From positions 3,199 through 28,377 of the forward strand of contig JBNJFI010000019.1 of assembly GCA_051746725.1 (NCBI GenBank): a stretch of DNA of 25,179 nucleotides, given 5' to 3'. The notes beneath the pieces are model-generated. The model saw only the letters and a list, made by a program, of their open reading frames with translations, was not told the DNA's origin and did no database searches. Positions 1-8,932 of this stretch are shown here, in pieces. Source of the stretch: Fusobacteriota bacterium (GTDB lineage Bacteria; Fusobacteriota; Fusobacteriia; Fusobacteriales; JBNJFI01). Both the position numbers and the translations under genes were made by a program. Within the stretch, counting starts at the first letter, position 1; every line of letters starts with the position of its first letter.

Positions 1-35
1 ATAGTATCTGAAAATTCAAAAGAATTTACTAACAT
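1..35 (-). CDS. 5' end of a gene running off the left edge (MLVNSFEFSDT...), function unknown
   Basis: ATG at 35-33 preceded by a strong RBS (GAGGGAGG, about 43-50) and a sigma70-like promoter at 133-161; frame open to the window edge. Confidence 0.65.
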   Translation of the reverse strand, partial: MLVNSFEFSDT

Positions 36-132
36 TTTAAAACCTCCCTCTTAGATTTTATATAACTTAATTTCTTTTCTTTACGTTTCTTTTCTTTACC
101 TTTTTAATTTAGATATTTTATTATTACATTAT

Positions 133-161
133 ATTATAGCTTCAAAAAAATATAAAATCAA
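133..161 (-). promoter_or_regulatory. sigma70-type promoter for the left-edge gene
   Basis: TTGATT (161-156) - 17 nt - TATAAT (138-133) on the minus strand; the AT-rich background lowers specificity. Confidence 0.55.
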
Positions 162-292
162 GTTTTTATGATTATTTTTTTATATTTTTATATTATTCTG
201 CTTATTATTTACTCAGGACACATGTTTTCTATGGGGGATTATCTCTATTATATTTAAAATTTTAATTTTTCAAAAAATCTAGAAACAAAAAA

Positions 293-327
293 ACAAAAAG
301 GCCAGATATAAAATCTGTCCTTTTTGT
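293..327 (-). terminator. Rho-independent terminator after the 349-1512 gene
   Basis: Inverted repeat ACAAAAAGG(C)CAGAT-ATAAA-ATCTG(T)CCTTTTTGT with one mismatch, T-rich tail on the minus strand, about 20 nt past the stop codon. Confidence 0.7.
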
Positions 328-348
328 GTATTAAATTTAATATTTTTG

Positions 349-1512
349 TCAAAAACTTAGAAAATACTGTATATTTCCTCCTCCAAATCCCTGCAATTGT
401 AAAACATGACTTATAGAAACTTGTAATCTGCTAGGCCCAAAATCATATTCCCATTTGAGTATCGCTTTATCTATATACGAATACTCTTTGAAATTATTTT
501 TTTCTTTATTTATAAATGATCCGAAATAACCTAATTCTAATATATTTTTTTGGATTCTTTTATTTATAAAGGCCCCTAAAATCTTTTCAGTTCTTATTAA
601 GTTATAATTCATATAACCCTTTGCGTTACCTTTTTTGTAAACATAATCCATCTCAACTTTCAAATTTAATTCATTTCCAATTGGATATATCTGATTAGAT
701 CGAAATATGTATATATCTTTATCATATTTATAATTTCTATTCTCATTATAAAACCTTTTTTGATCAAAAATATTATAGATATCAAATTTAAAATATAGAT
801 CTAATTTATTTAAACTTATTCCTCCAGCAACTGTTCCAAAGTTATTAGTTTGGCTATGATATTTAAGTTCAGGAGATTTTTCAATATCACTATATTCCCT
901 TATAAACTTTTTTGTAAATTTCCCTTCACTAAATATATATTTATTATCTTTTTCAAAAGATAATGTCCACATTAGTCCTCTGGGATTTTTTAAAGTTTTT
1001 CCTCCTATCTTATTTCTTTTGTCATAGGGAAAATCTTCATCAATATAATTTAAATGGATATAATTACTTTTATCTCTATTTATAAAAAGAATTCCACATC
1101 CAATATCTACAGTGTGTTTTTTATAATCTGGATCTGAAAATGCTGAAATAAAAATATTTTCCCCAACTTTTCTATGGAGTTCTACATACCTTCTATCTTT
1201 TCCTATTTCATGATATCTACCTTGATATTTATCTATATAAAGTCTAAACCATGTTTTAGAATCTAAGTTTTGATTTATTATAAGTTGTTCATAGTCAAGC
1301 AGATCTTTAGATGAGATACTCCCATATGAAAAACGTACTAAATTATTAGTATAATTTTTTCTTTGAAATACCTCATCCCAATTCATATTAAAATTATAAT
1401 TTACTACTTCATGTATATATAATCTAGGATCACCTTCTGTATTATCATATTTCCAATCAGATGCTTCGGTCAAAAAAGGTAATAAAATTAATAAAAGAAG
1501 AACTTTTTTCAT
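349..1512 (-). CDS. Exported protein, probable outer-membrane beta-barrel of unknown function (387 aa)
   Basis: Start moved from 1593 to the ATG at 1512 because AGGAGG lies at 1521-1526 and MKKVLLLLILLPFLTEA is a signal peptide; Tyr/Phe-rich alternating strands; C-terminus GGGNIQYFLSF ends in Phe like a beta-signal. Confidence 0.65.
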   Translation of the reverse strand: MKKVLLLLILLPFLTEASDWKYDNTEGDPRLYIHEVVNYNFNMNWDEVFQRKNYTNNLVRFSYGSISSKDLLDYEQLIINQNLDSKTWFRLYIDKYQGRYHEIGKDRRYVELHRKVGENIFISAFSDPDYKKHTVDIGCGILFINRDKSNYIHLNYIDEDFPYDKRNKIGGKTLKNPRGLMWTLSFEKDNKYIFSEGKFTKKFIREYSDIEKSPELKYHSQTNNFGTVAGGISLNKLDLYFKFDIYNIFDQKRFYNENRNYKYDKDIYIFRSNQIYPIGNELNLKVEMDYVYKKGNAKGYMNYNLIRTEKILGAFINKRIQKNILELGYFGSFINKEKNNFKEYSYIDKAILKWEYDFGPSRLQVSISHVLQLQGFGGGNIQYFLSF

Positions 1513-1703
1513 TATTAATTCCTCCTTCTTTTTTGATATCATTTTATTATGGGAGATTTTCTCTTTGGATACTATTAATATAATTTTCCTCATTTCATAA
1601 TCTCTTTCATAAGATAAGCTTTTGAATTCTTATTTATGATAACTCCTTTTCATGCAAAAAAGTTTATAGTTTAGAAATATCCGTAATATAAAGAATATCT
1701 TCA

Positions 1704-3536
1704 TTATTTTTCGTAATCTATCTTTTCTTTATCAAAATTAAAAAATTCAAATGTATCTTCAAATTTATCTGTTTCTTCATTTAATCTAGACGATATCGAT
1801 GCAATTTCTTCTGCTACTGCAGCATTATCCTGGGTTATATTTTCCATTGTCTCCATTTCAGATTGTATCACATCTATACCTTTTTTTTGTTCTTCGGCAG
1901 AAGCTGATATTTTAGAAATACCAATATTTATATTCTGGACTTCTTTTATTATATCATCTAAAATAACTAAAGTTTCATCTAGATGCAGATTTCCTTCTTT
2001 TACTTTATTTTTACTATGTTTTATAAACGCTCTTATTTCTTTTGTAGATTGACTACTCTTTTTTGCTAAATTTCTTATTTCCCTTGCTATAACAGCAAAG
2101 CCTTTTCCTTCTTCACCAGATTTAGAAGCTTCAACAGCTGCATTTATTGCAAGTAAATTAGTCTGAGATGATATGTCATCCATTATTTCTATAATCTTTT
2201 CTATTCTTTTAGAGCTATCTGTAATCTCTTCCATAGATACTTTCAATTCTGAAGATGCACTTTCTATTTTTTTTATTTTTCTTGAAGTATTTTTAGTTGC
2301 ATCACTAATTTCTGTTATTTTCAAAGTGCTTTCAGATATTAAACCTGTTAAATCGTTAACTTCACTTGCAGTATTTTGCAAAGATAAAGCTTGATTGGTA
2401 GTTTTATCTGCTAGATTTTTATTTCCTGCATTAATTTCCTCAGTTGAATTTTTTATAACAATCTGCTCATCATATATTTTCTGCATAGTATCTCTAAATA
2501 TCTCTATTGTATCATTTACACTGGAAATAACTTTTCCTATTTCATCATCTGATTTTACTTTTAGTCGTTTTGTCAGATCACCTTTAAATATAATACTCAA
2601 AAAACCAACTAATTTTTCTAATGGCTTAAATAAATAACTAACCATTATTGATATTAATAATATCAATAATACTATTACAATGCTAAATATCAATGTTAGT
2701 ATTTTTATTATCTCTTTTATCTCACTTTTGATAACTTTAGCATCTTGAGCAGCAGCAATACTTCCCACATACTCTCCTGATATATCTTTTATTGGTCTGT
2801 AATTTATATAATATAAATTACCTAATATCTCATCTCCGTCTTTTTCATAGTGATTATTAGCTCCATATATATTATCTAGTTTATTTTTATCTAAAATTTG
2901 AGTTTGACCCGCTATTATTTTACCTTTTTTGTCAGAAGCTATCATCAACCTCGGTCCATTATATAAAAATATAGTTGTCTGAATGCTCTTTCCTATCTCC
3001 AATATTATGGAATCTGAATTCCCCAGGTCTCTTGCTAAAAATAAAATACCTACATACTCATCTTGTATATATAATGGCGTTATAGATACCATATTTAATC
3101 CATCAGAAGAATAAAACCCTCTATTTTCTTCATGATTTCCCATACTTTTTTTCAAAAGATCATTATACTTATTTGAACTACTATATATTATCCGATCTTT
3201 AGAAGCTATGGCTATATCATCAACCCCATCATAATTTTGAAAGTTTTTTTCAGCATATTTGCTTAATTGATTTGTCATGTTTAATTTTAAAGGAATTAAT
3301 ATACTTGAATTTTTAGCTATTAATTTCCCTGTATCCTGTAGTGATTTAGTCTCTCTATCAATTAGCATTTCAGAGGCAATTAAATGCTTTTTCAATGATC
3401 TCCGTAGTTTTTCATGGGCCTTTTTTTCAAAGTTTTGAGTTGTAATTATTCCAGCTGTAACTATAGATACAGCTATTATAATTATAACTGAAAATAGTAA
3501 TTTTAGTTTTAGTGAAACATTTTTTATATTGTACAT
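1704..3536 (-). CDS. Methyl-accepting chemotaxis protein (2 TM, periplasmic Cache-like sensor, HAMP, MCP signal domain)
   Basis: Two hydrophobic helices flank a periplasmic region of about 250 aa; HAMP-like GDLTKRLKVKSDDEIG; hairpin tip ISSQTNLLAINAAVEA...GKGFAVIAREIRNLA; RBS GGAGGA at 3545-3550. Confidence 0.93.
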   Translation of the reverse strand: MYNIKNVSLKLKLLFSVIIIIAVSIVTAGIITTQNFEKKAHEKLRRSLKKHLIASEMLIDRETKSLQDTGKLIAKNSSILIPLKLNMTNQLSKYAEKNFQNYDGVDDIAIASKDRIIYSSSNKYNDLLKKSMGNHEENRGFYSSDGLNMVSITPLYIQDEYVGILFLARDLGNSDSIILEIGKSIQTTIFLYNGPRLMIASDKKGKIIAGQTQILDKNKLDNIYGANNHYEKDGDEILGNLYYINYRPIKDISGEYVGSIAAAQDAKVIKSEIKEIIKILTLIFSIVIVLLILLISIMVSYLFKPLEKLVGFLSIIFKGDLTKRLKVKSDDEIGKVISSVNDTIEIFRDTMQKIYDEQIVIKNSTEEINAGNKNLADKTTNQALSLQNTASEVNDLTGLISESTLKITEISDATKNTSRKIKKIESASSELKVSMEEITDSSKRIEKIIEIMDDISSQTNLLAINAAVEASKSGEEGKGFAVIAREIRNLAKKSSQSTKEIRAFIKHSKNKVKEGNLHLDETLVILDDIIKEVQNINIGISKISASAEEQKKGIDVIQSEMETMENITQDNAAVAEEIASISSRLNEETDKFEDTFEFFNFDKEKIDYEK

Positions 3537-3581
3537 CTAATAAATCCTCCTAAGTGTCATAGTACCTATTTATATATTACG

Positions 3582-5900
3582 TTAACTCATCATGGTTTTT
3601 ATATCTTCAATTTCTGGTTTCTTCCATTTGAATCCTAACTCACTTAATATAGTATCTGTTTTTTTATTTAGTAGTATCTTATTTTCTTTTATATAATCAG
3701 CTAAGTTTGAATGTATAATTATATTATTTATATCTTTTTGGTTCTCTGTATTTATATTTTTTATTATATGTTGAAAAAACTTCTCTATGTTTTTAACCTC
3801 TAAAATGTCAGTCCAATTTCCGATTTCTTTTAAACTTAAGCTGTTTTTATTATATATATGATGAATTTCATTTTCAAGAGGTCTGCTCATGGAAATTTTT
3901 CTTATAGCTTTTGCCATATAATCAACATAAGAAAGCTCCACAGTCTCAAAATTTATATTCGGGACCATTCCAAAATTCTTAAGTGATTTTAAAAAATTAT
4001 AAAAAGCATTTTCCTCTGAATTTTCTTGAAATTTATTTGTATGGGTATTAAAAATAATATTCCCAACACGTAATATATTGATATTATTTTCATCTGTCAT
4101 CTCTTTTTCAAGATATTTTTCTGCTTCAAATTTTGATTTCACATATACGTTATCACTTTTTTGCCCTATATCCATATCAAATTCTGTAAATAACATATCC
4201 TCTTTAACCTTAGTTTCTCCCATGAGCACACTTGTAGTTGATATATGATAAATATCCTTTTCTAGCCCTATCTTGGAAAGAGTAACAATATTTTTTACAC
4301 TCTCAACGTTTGCCTTATAAAACTTCTCATATGGACCAAAGTGCCTTACGTTAGCAGCCGAGTTTATTATCATCTCTACTTCTTCAGATAACCTAGAATA
4401 TTTTTTATCATCTAACCCAAGTTTTTCTTCACTTAGATCACCTACAAATATTATTATACGGTTAGAATATTTCTCATAATATCCCTCTCCAAAGTAATAA
4501 TCCAACTTTTTTGATAGCCGCATCTTAGCATGTTCACTGTTTTTACCACGGACTATACTGTATATATTACATTCATTGTTTTCAAGGAACTCATTTACAA
4601 TATGGGCCCCTAAAAATCCAGTTGCTCCTGTTATCATAATATTTTTAATGTTTTTTTTCAATGTATAATCTAGATTTTCATACTTAGCAACTCTCTCTTC
4701 ATATCTTTTTAACGCTTTCTGTATATTGTTCTTTTCTAATCTACTTTTGGCATCTCTCTCTAATTTTAAAATTCCCTTTTTCATCCATTCTATCTTTTCC
4801 TGTAGATTATTTTTTCTTATACTTATATTATTAGCCAATTCCTTTGGTGTTGGATAATCAAATAGATCAGCTATTTTCATTTCGTAGTTTTTCTGTAGTT
4901 CAACGGCAACCCTTATTGCTTTTAGCGAGTCTCCTCCTATGTCAAAAAAGTTAGTCGTTCTTCCTATATTTTTTACTTCCAGGATGGATTCCCATACGTT
5001 GATTATATCTTCTTCTATCTGGTTGTCTGGCTCTTCGTATATCCCAACAGATATTTCAAACTCATCTACTTCTGGTAGCGCTTTCCTGTCTATTTTTCCA
5101 TTTGGAGTCATTGGCAAATCATCTAATTGAATAAAATATGAAGGTATCATATAATCTGGTAATTTTTGATTTAAAAACTCTCTAATTTTGGAAGTCGATA
5201 ATATTTTATCTGAATTAAAATATGCTACTAAATATTTATTCCCCTTTTTATCTTCTCTAGCTACTACTGCTGTCTTATTAACTTTTTCATAATTTAATAT
5301 ATCATTTTCAATTTCTTCTAGTTCTATTCTAAACCCTCTTATTTTTATCTGATTATCGATTCTACCAAGACAAGTCAATTTTCCATCAGAATGCCACTGC
5401 CCTATATCACCTGTTCTGTACATTTTTGTACCTTCTATAAATGGATTACCTAAAAATCTTTCATCTGTCATCGCTTTCTTTCCTAAATATCCCTGGGACA
5501 AACACTCTCCAGATATAAATATTTCTCCTGGTATCCCAATAGGTTGTAATTTTTTATTTTCATCTAAAATCAAAATTTTAGTATTAGCTATTGGATTTCC
5601 AATATCTATCCTATCTGAATTAGTCAAATCAGATATTGTTGACCATACTGTTGTTTCTGTAGGTCCATACATATTATATATTTTGGCATTAGATACATTT
5701 TGTAATCTTTTTAAAAGCGATTTAGGAAAGGCTTCTCCTCCAACCATTATTTCAGAAAGAGATTCAAAATATCTATTTATATCATCCTCTTGAACCAGCA
5801 TTTGAAACCTCGAAGGAGTAGTTTGCATCATATTGATTCTTTCTTTTAAAATTAACTTTTTTAATTTTTTAGGATTCATCTGCTCCTCTTCATCTGCCAA
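3582..5900 (-). CDS. Residual NRPS ORF: C-terminal half of an A domain, PCP and NAD(P)H-dependent thioester reductase (R) domain
   Basis: NMYGPTETTVW, YRTGD, GRIDNQIKIRGFRIEL, NGKIDR; PCP FFDIGGDSL; R domain ITGATGFLG and YVKSK. The TTG start is not native (no RBS; A1-A3 motifs missing). Confidence 0.75.
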   Translation of the reverse strand: MADEEEQMNPKKLKKLILKERINMMQTTPSRFQMLVQEDDINRYFESLSEIMVGGEAFPKSLLKRLQNVSNAKIYNMYGPTETTVWSTISDLTNSDRIDIGNPIANTKILILDENKKLQPIGIPGEIFISGECLSQGYLGKKAMTDERFLGNPFIEGTKMYRTGDIGQWHSDGKLTCLGRIDNQIKIRGFRIELEEIENDILNYEKVNKTAVVAREDKKGNKYLVAYFNSDKILSTSKIREFLNQKLPDYMIPSYFIQLDDLPMTPNGKIDRKALPEVDEFEISVGIYEEPDNQIEEDIINVWESILEVKNIGRTTNFFDIGGDSLKAIRVAVELQKNYEMKIADLFDYPTPKELANNISIRKNNLQEKIEWMKKGILKLERDAKSRLEKNNIQKALKRYEERVAKYENLDYTLKKNIKNIMITGATGFLGAHIVNEFLENNECNIYSIVRGKNSEHAKMRLSKKLDYYFGEGYYEKYSNRIIIFVGDLSEEKLGLDDKKYSRLSEEVEMIINSAANVRHFGPYEKFYKANVESVKNIVTLSKIGLEKDIYHISTTSVLMGETKVKEDMLFTEFDMDIGQKSDNVYVKSKFEAEKYLEKEMTDENNINILRVGNIIFNTHTNKFQENSEENAFYNFLKSLKNFGMVPNINFETVELSYVDYMAKAIRKISMSRPLENEIHHIYNKNSLSLKEIGNWTDILEVKNIEKFFQHIIKNINTENQKDINNIIIHSNLADYIKENKILLNKKTDTILSELGFKWKKPEIEDIKTMMS

Positions 5901-6024
5901 TACTATTTTTAATCCCTTAGATAATGGTAATAATGACTCTAAAACAAAAATATCAAAGGAATAGCATACCTTCTTGCATAGGAGATAAAGAGTATATATC
6001 TTTTATATCTGTTTTTTTTATCAT
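3582..6024 (-). pseudogene. Terminal NRPS gene (originally C-A-PCP-thioester reductase) disrupted by an internal deletion and frameshift
   Basis: RBS GGAGGA (6031-6036) and ATG 6024 give MIKKTDIKDIYSLSPMQEGMLF (start of a condensation domain), then a stop at 5955-5953; a different frame opens at about 5960 with SFDIFVLESLLPL (A4 motif) and continues into ORF 3582-5900. Confidence 0.85.
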
Positions 6025-6048
6025 CATTGCTCCTCCATATTATTTATT

Positions 6049-6081
6049 AAAAGGCAACCTTATATATAATGGTTGCCTTTT
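6049..6081 (-). terminator. Terminator-like hairpin between the binding-protein gene and the second NRPS gene
   Basis: Perfect 11-bp stem AAAAGGCAACC / GGTTGCCTTTT with an 11-nt AT loop, 5 nt after the stop of the 6087 gene; short U tract. Confidence 0.6.
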
Positions 6082-6086
6082 GATTA

Positions 6087-7127
6087 TTATTCACCTAATG
6101 TTGTACCTTCGTAATCTGTATATATTTTCCAAGAAGCATTTATTATATCAATTGGAAAATCTATTCCAATCTGTTTTGCTGCCTTCATATTTAAAAGTAT
6201 CAATGATTTATCTGGATAAACAGGGTCAATATCTTTTGGATCCTCTCCCTCTAAAATTTTATAGCATAGTTCAAGAGAAGGCCCGACATATCCCATTGGA
6301 TCTACAGCTAATCCTGCCAAAGCACCATTTTCTACATTATTTTGATATAAGGCAATATTTGGCTTTTCTATATTTTTATGTTCCCAGTGAAATGTATCTT
6401 TTCTCGTCCATTCCTTTCCATCTTTTCTTGTTATTGGTCCATCTGCAATTATCCATCCAACTTCAGGATCTTTATTGTATTTTAATAATGCCTCTTGAAA
6501 ATTCTCGAAATATTTAAACTCTTTATACTCCTTTAAAGTTATATCCAATTTTTTTAAAGCCTCTTCAAAATTTGAACGCTGAAATAATTGAGGTTGTGTT
6601 AATACAACTACTTTTTTGTCTTCAATTGGAGCTATTTGATTCAATAATTTAAAAGCATTTAGCTCGAAATTCTCGGTGAATCCATAAACACCTGTCACAT
6701 TTGATATCGGTTTTTCTTTTTCATTTAAAAATACATATTCTCCATCTTTCATATAATCAATATTAGCTATTGCAACTACTGGAATATCAGTTTTTTTCAA
6801 TGGAATGATTCTATCTTCTATATATGTTCCATTTATATATACAAGATCAGGATCTATCTCTTTAATCTCCTTAATATTCTCTTTTGCTTTTTCAATTTTT
6901 CCATCCATAGATAATACTATAAACTCTGAATTTTCTTCTGTCCAACCATTTTTTTTAAACTCTCCCTCGATATATGTTGCAAAACCATTAAAGAAATCTG
7001 AATTATCATCCTTAACAAAAACAATTTTCTTTTTCTCATTTTTCTTCATACCATCATCAGAAATAGATACTACGCTAATCAATATCATGGCCATTAAAAC
7101 TAAAACTATTTTTTTTCTCATCCTCAT
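6087..7127 (-). CDS. Periplasmic substrate-binding protein (ABC_sub_bind-like, type I PBP fold), no permease nearby
   Basis: Signal peptide MRMRKKIVLVLMAMILISVVSIS; family-like segments SNVTGV, VENGALAGL, KILEGEDPKDIDP, LLNMKAAKQIGIDFP. AAGGAG abuts ATG 7136, so ATG 7127 is the better-spaced start. Confidence 0.8.
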   Translation of the reverse strand: MRMRKKIVLVLMAMILISVVSISDDGMKKNEKKKIVFVKDDNSDFFNGFATYIEGEFKKNGWTEENSEFIVLSMDGKIEKAKENIKEIKEIDPDLVYINGTYIEDRIIPLKKTDIPVVAIANIDYMKDGEYVFLNEKEKPISNVTGVYGFTENFELNAFKLLNQIAPIEDKKVVVLTQPQLFQRSNFEEALKKLDITLKEYKEFKYFENFQEALLKYNKDPEVGWIIADGPITRKDGKEWTRKDTFHWEHKNIEKPNIALYQNNVENGALAGLAVDPMGYVGPSLELCYKILEGEDPKDIDPVYPDKSLILLNMKAAKQIGIDFPIDIINASWKIYTDYEGTTLGE

Positions 7128-7150
7128 TATTACCATCTCCTTTTTATTTT

Positions 7151-8887
7151 TTAAAATATATCTTCTAATTCATCTAATACATTATTATACTCTTCTTCAC
7201 CTATCTCATTAATCATCTTATTTTCATTAATCTCTTCATCACTTATTTCTAAGCAGTGTTCTATAATTTTGATTAAAGAACCCTTATAGAAATCCATAAA
7301 TTTCTCTATTGAATTTTTTTCGAATTCTTTTTTGTTATAACCTATTCTAATTTCCAATTTGTCTTTTTTGATAATACAATTTATATCCAATGAATATATC
7401 CTGTTTGAATTTAGACTAGTTTTTAAACCGATATCATTTAAAACGAAATTTCTATTTAGTTTATTCTCAAATTTTCCAAGATAATTAAATGATATTTCTG
7501 GATTTAAATTGAAATTATATTTTCCTAGATATTTTAATATCCCATAATCAATCCCTTTATTTGGTATTTGATTTAATATCTTTTGAGTTCTTTTAATAAC
7601 CTCTCCAACTCCTTTATCAGAGCTTGTCAGTATAACTGGGAAAATAGAAGTGAACCATCCAACAGTTCTAGAAATATCCATATTTTCTATTATATTTTCT
7701 CTTCCATGTCCTTCTAGATTAATCAATATCTCTTCCAATGAAAATTGCTGTCTTACTGCTAACGACAAAGCTGATAATAAGATATCATTAATTTCTGTAT
7801 TATATGTTTTGTGTATATCTTTTAAAAGTAAGTCTGTATTTTTTTTATTAATATTTGAAATTAATACCTCTTCATCTTTTCTAATATTTTTCCCAACTTC
7901 TTTCTCCTTAGGGATATTCGAGATATTTATTCCTTTTTCAACAATATTTTCCCAATAATCAATATTATTATTTTTTAATGCATATGTCTCTAAGTATTTT
8001 GACCATTTTTTATATGAATCTGTCTTTAATGGAAGTTCTACCATATTATTAGATTTTCGCATCTGATTATATCCATCTATTAAATCTTCGATTAATATCC
8101 TCCAAGATATACCATCAACAACAAGATGATGTATAGCAATATATATTGTGCTCGTATTCTTTTCTTTTATTAAAGCCGCTTGTATTAACTGCCCTTCTTT
8201 TATATTTATAGATTGATGAATCTGTTCTATCACATCTGCTTTTTCATCCTTTTTATTAATATCAAATATCATAAGGTTTATATCGCTAGATCTAAACTCC
8301 TTTATAAAAGGAGGGGACACAAATTTTGTTCTCAGTAAGTCATGGTGTTTATACAGGTTGATAATGGCTTTTTCCAATATAATTGGATCAATTATATTTT
8401 TACTCTCTATCTCAACCCATTGATTCCAATAATCTTGATTTATATTTATCTTCCTAAAAAACCAATTTTGAATAGGAGTTAAAGAAAATTCTCCCTTTAC
8501 TAAGTTTTGATTCGCTTTTCTATCTATTTTTTTAACATATCTTGATATCTCTTTAATTGTTAAGTATTCGAATATATGAGTTAGTTCTACTTTTATTCCT
8601 TTCTGATACAATGAAGCCATGATTTGAATTGCATTTAAAGAATCTCCACCTAATTGAAAAAAATTATCATTTATACTTATCTTTTCTATATTTAATACTG
8701 ATTTAAATATATCTATCATAACTGATTGTATCCTATTTTCTGGTTTTTTTTCTATGTTTTTTTCCCTTATTATTTTCTCCGGCTTTGGCAATGCTTTTTT
8801 GTCTATTTTTCCATTTTTATTCAGTGGCATCTCAGGTAGGTGTTTATAAAAACTTGGTATCATATATGATGGCAACTCTTTTTTCAA
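7151..8887 (-). CDS. 3' fragment of the NRPS: end of the A domain, PCP, epimerization domain, acidic COM-like tail
   Basis: LPSYMIPS, NGKIDK (A10), FFQLGGDSL, HHLVVDGISWRIL, EGHGRE, RTVGWFTSIFP, FNYLGK. No RBS before the TTG at 8887. Confidence 0.75.
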   Translation of the reverse strand: MKKELPSYMIPSFYKHLPEMPLNKNGKIDKKALPKPEKIIREKNIEKKPENRIQSVMIDIFKSVLNIEKISINDNFFQLGGDSLNAIQIMASLYQKGIKVELTHIFEYLTIKEISRYVKKIDRKANQNLVKGEFSLTPIQNWFFRKININQDYWNQWVEIESKNIIDPIILEKAIINLYKHHDLLRTKFVSPPFIKEFRSSDINLMIFDINKKDEKADVIEQIHQSINIKEGQLIQAALIKEKNTSTIYIAIHHLVVDGISWRILIEDLIDGYNQMRKSNNMVELPLKTDSYKKWSKYLETYALKNNNIDYWENIVEKGINISNIPKEKEVGKNIRKDEEVLISNINKKNTDLLLKDIHKTYNTEINDILLSALSLAVRQQFSLEEILINLEGHGRENIIENMDISRTVGWFTSIFPVILTSSDKGVGEVIKRTQKILNQIPNKGIDYGILKYLGKYNFNLNPEISFNYLGKFENKLNRNFVLNDIGLKTSLNSNRIYSLDINCIIKKDKLEIRIGYNKKEFEKNSIEKFMDFYKGSLIKIIEHCLEISDEEINENKMINEIGEEEYNNVLDELEDIF

Positions 8888-8932
8888 AAAATCTTTGATC
8901 TCTTCTGAATTTTTGACAATAGGTGCTGTATA

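Noticed and set aside
1513..1593. 27-aa N-terminal extension (MRKIILIV...) of the 349 ORF
   Set aside because: No good RBS at 1593; the extension contains the real SD, and the signal peptide starts at 1512.
1652..1668. TTGCA as a sigma-54 -12 element upstream of the 1512 gene
   Set aside because: No G at the -24 positions.
5953..5965. Programmed ribosomal frameshift joining the two NRPS2 frames
   Set aside because: A shifted product would still lack nearly the whole C domain and A1-A3, so it would not be functional.
5924..6517. 197-aa plus-strand ORF
   Set aside because: Antisense to the SBP gene and the NRPS2 start, with no RBS or recognisable motif.
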